From assembly GCF_006345805.1 (NCBI RefSeq), contig NW_021832870.1:31085-95084 (forward strand): DNA of 64,000 bases, written 5' to 3'. Source of the stretch: Octopus sinensis. Taxonomy: Eukaryota. The notes under the pieces are model-generated. The model did not search any database. It was not told the DNA's origin and saw only the letters and a program-made list of their open reading frames with translations. Numbering within the stretch: the first letter of the stretch is position 1; each line of letters opens with the position of its first letter. Position numbers and translations under genes: made by a program. Below, one piece after another: positions 53,179 through 64,000 of this stretch.

Positions 53179-53503
53179 CAGGGGTCGGAGAACTTTTTTA
53201 ACCAGTTACCCCCAAACTATAGTTATTTACGCTGACATTACCCCTTGATTTGAAAGGAAGAAAATCATAGATTCTTTGAATTTCAAAGGTTTATTGAGTC
53301 TATTTTATTGAATCTATTCATATGAATCTATTTACACATCCATTACATTGGACAGATGCAGTGTTGCCAGAGGAAAAATTTCTGTCGCAACAAGGAACAC
53401 ATTTTTTTGTATAATTTTACTTACGTCTAATGAATCTTCATTACCCCCAAGAATTTCATTTTTACCCCACTTGGGGTAATTTACGCCGCTTCGCCAACCC
53501 CTG
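53179..53503. mobile_element. hAT-like MITE
   Basis: CAGGGGTCGGAGAAC / CTTCGCCAACCCCTG terminal inverted repeats. Confidence 0.65.
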
Positions 53504-53770
53504 GGTTAATGTCATGTTAGTTTTAATGAATGAGTGTTGATTCTGGGTGATTATCTCCCTTTTTGATTTCATTTACACCGGGAGTCTATCTTATATGAGA
53601 TTTAATATGCCTTTATTTGCTTTTATGATCTGGAAACTAATGACATTGGCTACTCTGAACTATTTAACAGAGTTGATTTGTGTGTGTGTGTATGGGGGGG
53701 GGGTGATATTTATTTCTCCCCTATGTTGTCCTCAGCGTTATATAGTTGTAAATTATAAGCGTTATGTGTA

Positions 53771-53985
53771 CAAGGGGGTGCCTGAAAGTTCCTGGTTTTG
53801 GGTAAAAGAAAATACAGGAGGATCAGTTAATTATGATTTTATTCAACATATTCCCCTCTCATATTCACACGTTTATTGCCGTGGTCCTTCACTTCTTCTA
53901 AGCTCTGTAAAAGAACTCAGAAGGTTGGGCCTCTAACCAGGCCTTTCGCGACACCCTTAAAGCCAGGAACTTTTCAGCACCCACA
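53771..53985. mobile_element. mariner-derived MITE
   Basis: GGGGGTGCCTGAAAGTTCCTGG / CCAGGAACTTTTCAGCACCC TIRs; minus strand encodes ..KRVNMRGEYVE*. Confidence 0.75.
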
Positions 53986-54174
53986 CCCATTATATTGAGT
54001 TTCTTGCTTGTCTTATATTTTAATTTTGTAAAGAAACTATTAACATGTATCTACGTGAATTTATTTGGAAACAGACAATAAATTGCTTCCTTTTCTCTCT
54101 CTCTCTCCCTCCCCCTTTCTCACTTTAATTCTTTATTTCGCACCCTCCTTACCACCTTTGCTCCTCCTATTTCT

Positions 54175-54340
54175 CCGAGGCGTGGTTGTGTGGTAAGAAG
54201 TTTGCTTCCAAACAATATGGCATCGGGTTCAGTCCTACTGCGTTGCAACCTCGGGCAAATGTATTCTTCTATAGCCTCAGGCCAATTAAAGACTTGTGAA
54301 TGGATATAGTAAACGGAGACTGAAAAAATGCCTGACGTAA
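54175..54340 (-). mobile_element. SINE B head
   Basis: Consensus match. Confidence 0.8.
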
Positions 54341-55003
54341 AGCTATATATATATAAGTATGTGTGCATATGCATACACATACGTGCGCGCACACACGTAT
54401 ATACACACACATGTATATATATATACATGGATATAATAGGAAGAAAAAATTGTCAGGCAAACATTTGCTCAGTTTAGCTCATCGAATTTATAATTTACAC
54501 ATAATTGTAACAACTCTATTGTAACAACTATAGAACATAATTGTAAAGTTGTTGGCGGAGAGTATAGTATATTAATAAGGGAGTAAATGGGAAGCTTATC
54601 TCCGTTCACAGAGAAATGCTCCGTAAGAGCAGCTTTTTTTGAAACAGCTGTAAGAGATTATCTTCACATCTTTTTATTTATTCCCTTATTTACATATATT
54701 CTATGTCAAGAAATTTATTGTAAAAAATCTACAGTTTTCTTTAAATCATAAATTCCATGCCTTAAATTGATAACAGTTGTTTGCCTGTTCATTGCTTTCT
54801 TTCTACTGTATATCTACTCGTTCAATGATAAACCACTTATAGCCATTCATTGCTAGGCAGCTACAACACCACTCTTTTGTTTTAGTTGCAGCTCAAGTTG
54901 AAGTTTCAAGCGGTAAACCAACCTGAGTACTTATTGTATATGACTATTACATTGCACTAATAGGTGCAATTTTATCTGTACCCTATATACATACGTAAGT
55001 ACC

Positions 55004-55036
<33 letters not shown>

Positions 55037-55131
55037 TATATTTATATATTTATATGTGTGTGACCTCGTGAGCACCGCCAGCAATATTTTTTTCCTCTGT
55101 CTTCCCTTCTCGGGATCTTTCCTTCTCCTTT

Positions 55132-55166
55132 GTTTCCGACGAAGAGCTCCGCTCGAAACGTTAAAC
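55132..55166 (+). ncRNA. minimal hammerhead-like motif
   Basis: GUUU-CCGACGA-A-GAGC UCC GCUC-GAAACGU-U-AAAC; palindromic ACGU stem III. Confidence 0.6.
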
Positions 55167-55278
55167 TTACGTCTCCCCTTCTTTCCTGAGCGTCCAATAA
55201 TACTTTATTTGTTCCACGCCCTCGCGTTGCTGTGTTTTTTTGTGTTTTTTTTGTTTGGATTAACTATATATATATATA

Positions 55279-55538
55279 TATGTTAGAAAAAATAAGGTAC
55301 TCAGAAATCTGGATGGTTTTATATTTACAGATTTTTATTAATATGTCACATGCTTTTATAAATCATATATAATAGCGCTTGCATATACTCTAGTAGACTC
55401 TTCAGATTTGAATCTGGGGAGTCTACTAGAGTGGATGCAAGCGCTAATATATGATTTATAAAAACGTGTGACATATTAATAAAAATCTGTAAACATAAAA
55501 CTATCCAGATTTCTGAGTACCTTATTTCTTCTAATATA
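55279..55538. repeat. ~260-bp near-perfect palindrome (fold-back element)
   Basis: ~128-bp arms centred at 55409-55410. Confidence 0.95.
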
Positions 55539-55624
55539 AAATACCTGTACATCACCTCCAAACATTCTAATATACATATGTGTGTGTATGTGTGTGTGTG
55601 TGTGTATCTGTGTGTGTGTGTGTG

Positions 55625-55958
55625 TAGGCGCAGGAGTGGCTGTGTGGTAAGTAGCTTGCTTACCACACAGAAGAATAATGTTTTAGAGAAGGAGAAAATC
55701 GGCGGGCGATTTTATTGTATTCTCCCAACAATATCATCCTTGTTTCATCATTCACCTCATCACTACTCTTTGTAATGCCTTCATGGAAAATCTTAATGAA
55801 ATAAAGTAGCTTGCTTACCAACCACAAGGTTCCGGGCTCATTCCCACTGCAGAGCACCTTGGGCGAGTGTCTTCTACTATAGCCTCGGGCGGACCAAAGC
55901 CTTGTGAGTGGATTTAGTAGACGGAAACTGAAAGAATCTCGTCGTATGCATGTATGTA

Positions 55959-56048
<90 letters not shown>

Positions 56049-56250
56049 CGTTTGTGTATGGTTTGGTGTGTCTGTGTTGGTCCCCTCCCCAACATCACTT
56101 GACAACCGATGGTGGTGTGTTTGCGTCCCCGTAACTTAGTGGTTCGGCAAAGGATATCGATAGAATAATAATAAGTCCTGGGGTCGATTTGCTCGACTAA
56201 AAAGTGGTGCTCCACCATGGCCGAAGTCATATGACTGAAACGAGTAAAGA
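55625..56250 (+). mobile_element. SINE B (head interrupted at ~55665-55800)
   Basis: Consensus match. Confidence 0.85.
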
Positions 56251-56364
56251 GAGAGTATATATGTGTGTGTGTGTGTATGTATATATATGTATATATATGC
56301 ATATATATAATAATAATATATATATATGTATATATATATGTATATATATGTATATATATATGTA

Positions 56365-56404
<40 letters not shown>

Positions 56405-56889
56405 CATATATACATACATATATACATACATACATATATATATATACATACATATATACATACATATATACATACATATATATATGTGTGTGTGTGTGTG
56501 TATGTGTGTGTGTTTATATATTTATATATGTATGTATGTACGTATGTATGTATGCAAAGTTATAGGATAATAAAGTTATAGAGAAGTTATAGATAATGGT
56601 CATTAAATATCTTTCCTGTATCCGAGCAAATTTGGCTTACAGCTGTTTCCAGTAGTCATTACAGGTACTCTACAGATAGGTTTATTCAATCCCTCTACTG
56701 ATCAGCTGAGAAAAATAGAACGACCTAAAGAAATTAAAGCTACATTCAACGGAGCCATTTCTGGTAATAACACGTGCACGCGCGCACATACACACTCATA
56801 CACGTGTCTGTACACGTGTCTGTGTGCGTGAGTGTATGTAAAAAGCGCGTGGCGTAGTGGTTAGGTATGTTGCGCTCACGATCGTGAGA

Positions 56890-57210
56890 TCTTTGTTTCG
56901 AGCACCTTCCGGAGTATTCGATCGGTTCCAATCAGTGCTGTTTTATGCAAGTGCTCCATCCTTATTGCAGCCCCTAATTGTCCCATGTACTTCTCAAGAC
57001 CTTTATTCACTGTTCCCAGGGCTTCGACAATTACTGGTACTACTACCACCTTTTTCATCGACCGCAACTGCTTAACCCCCCAAGCTAACCTGTTATATCT
57101 ATCTACTTTTCTTTCTTCCTTATTGCATACCTTGTTGTCAGCTGGGCTTGCTATATCTATGATTAAGCATAGTTTGCTTTCTTTCTCAATTAAGACTATG
57201 TATTGCTTCC
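56890..57210 (-). mobile_element. R4/Dong-type LINE C-terminal fragment (older family)
   Basis: IVLIEKESKLCLIIDIASPAD..KVDRY..VVVVPVIVEALG..KTALIGTDRILRKVLE. Confidence 0.8.
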
Positions 57211-57216
57211 TATTCT

Positions 57217-58445
57217 ATTATTATTATTATTATTACTTTTTTTTTCTTTCAAATTTCTTCCATTTCTTGCCGAGTGTCTTCCCGACTCCTAGGGCAAAGA
57301 AACTCATAGTGTATATTGGTAGGCCATTAAACCAAACTCAGTAGTTCGTTCATTTTTTTTTTTTTTTTTAAAGTTAAATTAAAATACATGAGCAGCAACA
57401 GTTCTCACATCGACAATGCTCTTCTCAATACGTGTGATGTACCAGTTAAGACAATCTTTTGCACTTCTTGCAGGGATGGTAAGCCAGGGATCTTCTCATA
57501 TAATTTTCGGTTCCCTTCTTGATCATTTCTAGTGCTCCTACGATCACTGGTATTGTAACCGCCTTGAGATGCCACATTTTCTCAATTTCAATGAGTAGGT
57601 CTTTATATTTTCTGAGCTTGTCAAACTCTTTCGCTGAGATATTATGATCACAGGGGATGCTCATGTCGATCAATAAGCAAACTTTATTGTTTTGGTCTTT
57701 CACAACAATATCTGGTTTATTGGCCTTGATGGTTCGGTCTGTATGTACTGGAAAGTCCCACAGAATGGTTACATTTTCTCCTTCAGTTACAGCCTCAGGG
57801 TGGTGATTATACCACTTGTCGGCAGTTTTGATATTGTAATGCCGACTTATTAGCCAGTGGAGATATTGGCCAACTCTGTCATGTCTTAATTTATACTCCA
57901 CTGGTGCTAAGACTTTACATCCAGAGATTAGGTGGTCCACTCTTTCAATCATGTCGTTGCAGAATCGGCATTTTGGGTCTGCTCCATTTTTCATCACATT
58001 GGCCTGGTAGTTCCGGGTTGATAGGCTTTGGTCTTGAGCAGCCAGGATGAAACCTTCGCTCTCTGCTTTTAGCCCTGAGCTTCGCAGCCACTGATGGGTT
58101 TGCTTCTGGTTAACATCAGCTTGTTTGCTGCGGGTCACATATTTGCCGTGCAGAGGTTTCTCCTCCCACCTATCAGCTAATTGCTCGTGCGCTTTTTCAT
58201 TGCCATCATTTTCACCTTCTTGGCAACAATAGTTGCGTACTTCCCTCGGGTTGTTCAGTTTGGGTATCCTGCACGAGATCAATAGCAATTTTTTTGCTTC
58301 CTTGATGATAGAATGAAGCTTCTTTCGTCTCTCGTGATTTTCCACGAGCTTTAGCATCCTTTTCCACGAGCTTTAGCATCCTTTTCCACGAGCTTTAGCA
58401 TCCTTATCCACGAGCTTTAGAAGCTCGTGGAAGGATGCTAAAGCT
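57217..58445 (-). mobile_element. 5'-truncated R4/Dong-type LINE (CCHC zinc knuckle + restriction-like endonuclease) between (TAA)n tracts
   Basis: ORF 57446-58357: KPLHGKY, ESEGFILAAQDQ, CRFC..HLISGC, RHDRVG, KPDIVV, IDMSIP, DKLRKY; 1-bp frameshift near 57495, true end ..GTSHVLRRALSM* at 57405. Confidence 0.9.
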
Positions 58446-58481
58446 TATTATTATTATTATTATTATACCATATTATTATTA

Positions 58482-58545
<64 letters not shown>

Positions 58546-59044
58546 TGTATTAATATAGAAAGGATTGAGGTAACTCCTCTTGAAGATATAGAGTCAAAAT
58601 TAAAAGAAGAGTGCTATTGTTACCTAGTGAACGATATTTCGACATCTTGTGTGTCTTCAACTGGTTCAAAAAATAATTTTGTCAATCTACTTCATTTTGG
58701 TTAATATATAAAGGATTGAGGTAACAAGATGTCGAAATATCGTTTTTATTATTAACCATTCTAGTTCCTCAAGTAAGAGACTGATATAATAGAAGGACCT
58801 GTTGAAACAATTTTATAGTTTGTAAGCCATCACCTGGCTGCTAAAAGAAATATTGACTCTACACCTATAGTGAACTGTGTGACTATTTGAGTTATGTTCT
58901 ACTCTAATACTTTTCAAAGTTTTGTTAGCTAACCCTCCTCTTCTTTTATCAATGCTTACCAACACATCCTTGGTCTGATTCAGCGCTTCCCTCAATTGTT
59001 AAATTTCTATACGCAATATTCGCCCAGTTCAATTTTGTTTCAAC

Positions 59045-59638
59045 TCTTTACGCTTTTACTCTTTTAGTTGTTTCAGTCATTTGACTGCGGCCATGCTGGA
59101 GCAACGCCTTTAGTCGAGCAAATCAACCCCAGGACTTATTCTTTGTAAGCCTAGTGCTTATTCTATCGGTCACTTTTGCCACACAACGGGCTTCTTTCAG
59201 TTTCCGTTTACCAAATCCACTCACAAGGCCTTGGTCGGCCCGAAGCTATAGTAGAAGACACTTGCCCAAGGTGCCATGCAGAGGGACTGATCCCGGAACT
59301 ATGTGGTTGGTAAGCAAGCTACTTACCACACAGCCACTCCTATATATATATATATCCGTTTATACGCGTGGGTTGATTATAAGAATAACAGATTTTACTC
59401 TTTCACACTTTTACTTGTTTCAGTCATTTGACTGTGGCCATGCTGGATCACCGACTTTAGTCGAACAAATCGGCTCGAGGACTTATTCTTTGTAAGCCTA
59501 GTACTTATACTATTGGTCTCTTTTGCCGAACCGCTATGTTACGGGGGCATAAAAACACCAGCATCCGTTGTCAAGCGACGTTGGACACGGACACACACAC
59601 ACACACACACGCACGCACGCACGTACGCACACACACAT

Positions 59639-59700
<62 letters not shown>

Positions 59701-59860
59701 GACGGGCTTCTTTCAGTTTCCGTCTACAAATCCACTCACAAGGCTTGGTCGGCCCGAGGCTTTAGTAGAAGACACTTGCCCAAGCTGCCACGCAGTGGGA
59801 CTGAACCCAGAACCATGTGGTTTGTAAGCAAGCTACTTACCACACAGCCACTCCTACGCC
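59045..59860 (-). mobile_element. two tandem SINE B copies (~59045-59340, ~59395-59860)
   Basis: Consensus match. Confidence 0.9.
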
Positions 59861-60437
59861 TAGAATCAATAACGTTCAAGTATATACAAATGAGTCGGGA
59901 CTTTATCAAACGATACAGGTGCAATGGCTACCTATATTGCAGGTATGGAAATAATTACAAATTTTTTTTATCTTTAATATATTTAATTGCTGATTACTGG
60001 TAATTTGCATACATTAGTTGTACATAGTTTTGTTTATTGTATATTCACAAAACGATGTCTATTACTAAATTGTCTAGGCAATCACGTGTTATATATATAA
60101 TATATATATATATAATTATTATATATATGTGGTGTGTTGTGTGTGTGTGTGTGTGTGGTGAGTGTATGTGTGTGTGTACATGCATATGTATATGCATGTA
60201 CCGATGTTAATGATGTTGTTCATTGGGACTAAGAAGCAGTTGTTTTTTTTAATTACATCAATTCATTTTAATTGATGTTTAAATAAAAACGAAGAGCAAA
60301 TAATGTACTGATGCGTACATCCTCCCGATACCGCCCTTCTGTTGTCTGTACCCATAACTTTTTTCACCGTCACCATGGATGATGCCCACTACTTTGAGGA
60401 ACACTGCTCTACTCATCGATTTATGAGCGAAATATAT

Positions 60438-60468
<31 letters not shown>

Positions 60469-60554
60469 TGTGTGTGTCAGTGTCTCTGTCTGTCTTGGCC
60501 TATTATATATATCTATCTATCCAATTTTTACATTATATATATAATTATATATAT

Positions 60555-60586
<32 letters not shown>

Positions 60587-60604
60587 CATATATACATAGC
60601 GAAG

Positions 60605-61082
60605 GTGTGAGGCTTAGTGCTTAGACATACTGTACTCCTGACTGCGGTTTCGATTCTCACACCAGTCGCGCGTTGTGGTCTTGAGCAAAAAACTTCATTT
60701 CCCGTTGCTCCAGTCCACTCACCTGTAATTGGGTACACCCTGCAACTGAGTAGCTTTCTGATAAGGGGTGGTATGTTGACCTGCTCACCTAGTCAGCGGG
60801 GTAACTAGCCAATTGTCAAGCCAATCACGTGATATATATATACATGTGTGTGAGTGTATGTGTGTGTGTACATGCCTATGTATAGGCATGTACACATATG
60901 TACATGCATGTATATAGGTGCAGGAGTGGCTGTGTGGTAAGTAGCTTGCTTACCAACCACATGACTCCGGGTTCAGTCCCACTGCGTGGCACCTTGGGCA
61001 AGAGTCTTCTACTATAGCCTCAGGCCGACCAAAGCCTTGTGAGTGGATTTGGTAGACGGAAACTGAAAGAAGCTCGTCGTAT
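60605..61082 (+). mobile_element. SINE C-type copy (~60605-60810) and SINE B head (~60915-61082)
   Basis: Consensus matches. Confidence 0.75.
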
Positions 61083-61669
61083 ATATGTATATATATATAT
61101 CAGTAATAATATAGGGTGAAATTAATTAATTTGAAATAATCATTAATTTCACCAAGTAGATTTCGGCATGTAAAAGCCTCATTCGAGGAAAGTTTAAGTA
61201 ATACTAAGTAATTAAGGGTTTAGCAACGATTTGCCTCACCACACCCCGAATTTAGAAATAGCAGTCAAAGAGTTATAGCTATTCTTTCTACTAAAACGGA
61301 GATCTCAGTAAAAACACTGCACTTGCCTTACCACACAGCCACTCCTGCGCCTACTATGGAAAGAAATCGAAAACCTAATCGAAATCTTGACCTTATTAAA
61401 AAACAAATTTCAGTGTTGCGCTTTAACGAACCTTAACTATTGAACGACAGTGAAGACTTAATGGAAAATCTGTACCATAATGAATCAAGTGCGTGTTGCT
61501 CATTAGCGAAAGATTAACTATGGAACGAAGTAGAAAGTGATGGAAACTTTTAAGCTTAGTAAAACACTGTTATAAATACATGAAGCAAAACAGACATAAT
61601 CAGAAAATTTATAAAACGTGCACTTTCCGCGGTCTCTCTTGTAAATAACAACAACAGTAAAGATAAATA

Positions 61670-61760
61670 ATAATAATAAAAATGATAATAATAATAATAA
61701 TAAAATAATAATAATAATAATAATAAATTATTATTATTATTATTATTATTGTTATTATTA

Positions 61761-61792
<32 letters not shown>

Positions 61793-61829
61793 TATTATTA
61801 TTAATTATATTATTATTATCATCATCATC

Positions 61830-61877
<48 letters not shown>

Positions 61878-61907
61878 GATGATGATAATATTTATCACCA
61901 TCAGTAC

Positions 61908-61945
<38 letters not shown>

Positions 61946-61950
61946 ACAAC
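61670..61950. repeat. (TAA)n/(TTA)n/(CAT)n triplet block
   Basis: Direct reading. Confidence 0.95.
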
Positions 61951-63194
61951 AACTGATATTTAAATACTATAAAAAATGTCGCTTTAGATATATATAAATT
62001 TATCTCCATATGTATAGAATTGTATTTATTCATTTGTATTCACGTAGGCTATTTTATAAGTAATTACCACTAACACACATCCAACCCTATCACAAACAAA
62101 GGTGGGCGTCTCTGTGCTGTAACTAGATCTTCAAGAAATAGCAGCCAAACACCCTAAAAAATCATATACAAGGGGGAAAAAGAAAATGATAGGCCACACA
62201 CGGATGGCGTTGTTATATAACTACAAAAAAGCGTGTCACGAAACAATGGCGGTTGGTAGCCTCACATGATCACATGACCTCTTTAAAATAACAGGCTTAT
62301 TCCCACCCACCTTCTTCAAAACACACCTTAGCACCTTGCATTGAAAAAAATATAAGAAACGAGAATTGAATATAGTGCTCTTGCTTACATCGATTAAAAA
62401 AAAAAGGCTGTATGGCCATAGCTGGAACGCTTTAAGCAGAAGCTGACCTATTATAAGCTAACAATAGAAATCTGATATTCACTATGAAAATGGTAGATAT
62501 AGGGCATGCCTTTACGTGTAATTTACGATTAAAATGTAAAGTACAGTCTTGGTTTTTTGCTGTATTTTTTCTTTTTTTGCTAAAATTTAAAATTCGTTTA
62601 TTTCCAAATTTATTTACCAACAAGTAAATATATAATTTTGCTTCTCAAAATCTAAAAATTTATATTATATAAATTTTTATTAACTCTCATCTATGTATAT
62701 ATATATATATATATATCGTTTTCATTAATTTCAATATGCGTCGATTTGCAATATTGATGGGAAAAAAGGCGGGAGGAAAAAGATACATGTATCTGCTTTT
62801 CCGGCTGAATTTTATTGCTTTTTCAATGCTTTCGTTTTAGTACAATGCCAACATTTATGAATGCACAACTAGGAAGCAGTCGGTAACGTTTGGGTTTCTC
62901 CATTTTTTTTATAAGAGAACGAATTTAAATTTATTGGAATATTGGAATACAGTTGAACATTTGCAAAATTTTATCATATGCAGGTGTTTGGCTAATTGTG
63001 CGTTTACATATATGTGTGTCAGAGAGAGAGAGAGAGAGAGAGAGAGGGTATGCGTCTGTGTGTGCGCAGGTATGTGTGTGGTTGTGTGTGTTTGTGTGTA
63101 TGAATACATGTATCTGTGTAAATGCATTTAGGTATATGGACACACAAATTCACACGCGCATGCATCAATGCAAGTAAACGTATTCATATAACTA

Positions 63195-63537
63195 CATACT
63201 TATTTGTATGTATGTATGTATGTATGTATGTATGTATGTGTGTATGTATGTATGTATGTATGTATGTATGCATGTATGTATGTATATATATATATATATG
63301 TATGTATATGTATATATATGTATATGTATATATGTATACATATCAATGTATGTATATATGCATGTTTATGTACGTGTGTGAATGTATATATGTATAATCA
63401 CCATATATGTGGGTGTATATATACATACGCATATATATATATATATATTTATATATATGAATGAATATATATATATATATATATACATAGTATGTACGTA
63501 TATATGTGTGTGTGCGTGTGTGTGCGTGTGTGTGCAG

Positions 63538-63576
<39 letters not shown>

Positions 63577-63600
63577 CATACATATATACATCTATGGACA
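63195..63600. repeat. (TATG)n/(TA)n microsatellites
   Basis: Direct reading. Confidence 0.9.
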
Positions 63601-64000
63601 AATATGTGCAGATGGCTACTTAAGTAATGTATGTATGTATTTATGTATGGATGTATGTATATGTATGAAAGTGTGCTTTTATGTATATATTGAGTGTAGA
63701 TTACACAGGCACATATCAATGTCTATACATATATGCAGACACACTCGCACATATATAACAGATATACATATACACATCCTACGCCATACAAACATGGTTA
63801 CGAGCACACATGTATTCATAGGCACGTGCATAGAAAATTAAATATACCCTTGCATATTTAAGAAAATAAGTCAAAAGCAAAGAAAATGTATCAAAATACA
63901 AATTTCTTTAAAAAATCGTTATGTCCTTTAAATATTTGCGGCAATGTGATAATTCTAAAATGTCTCCGGTTTTTAAATATATTTTCTTTCAGACATGAGA

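Noticed and set aside
42230-61190. Weaker hammerhead-like remnants at ~42230-42262, ~49995-50030, ~54595-54660, ~56630-56710, ~58620-58665 and ~61150-61190
   Set aside because: Each has multiple core substitutions or no stem I, so they were not counted as ribozymes

Overview
AT-rich, repeat-dominated animal DNA, very likely an octopus (coleoid cephalopod); this is inferred from the SINE families and the very high microsatellite load. Nearly all ORFs in the supplied track are artefacts of simple repeats. Supported content: (1) a near-full-length, recent CR1-type LINE on the minus strand (~19.5-24.7 kb). Its ORF1 has a Myb/SANT-trihelix plus CCCH zinc finger, a modular tandem array sits upstream of ORF1, and its 3' tail is shared with the most abundant SINE. 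(2) Several R4/Dong-type (RLE) LINE fragments, one RTE 3' end, a Penelope-like RT fragment, DNA-transposon remnants/MITEs and two Helitron-like copies. (3) Dozens of copies of three tRNA-derived SINE families, some as precise tandem multimers. (4) At least 7 hammerhead-ribozyme-like motifs from at least 4 sequence families. One is fully canonical and lies inside a 322-bp element with 82-bp inverted arms, and two long fold-back elements carry a hammerhead on each strand. (5) Three candidate phase-0 exons of a minus-strand host gene encoding a small cysteine-rich protein. I see no rRNA, bona fide tRNA or CRISPR. All family names come from motif recognition by eye, not database searches.
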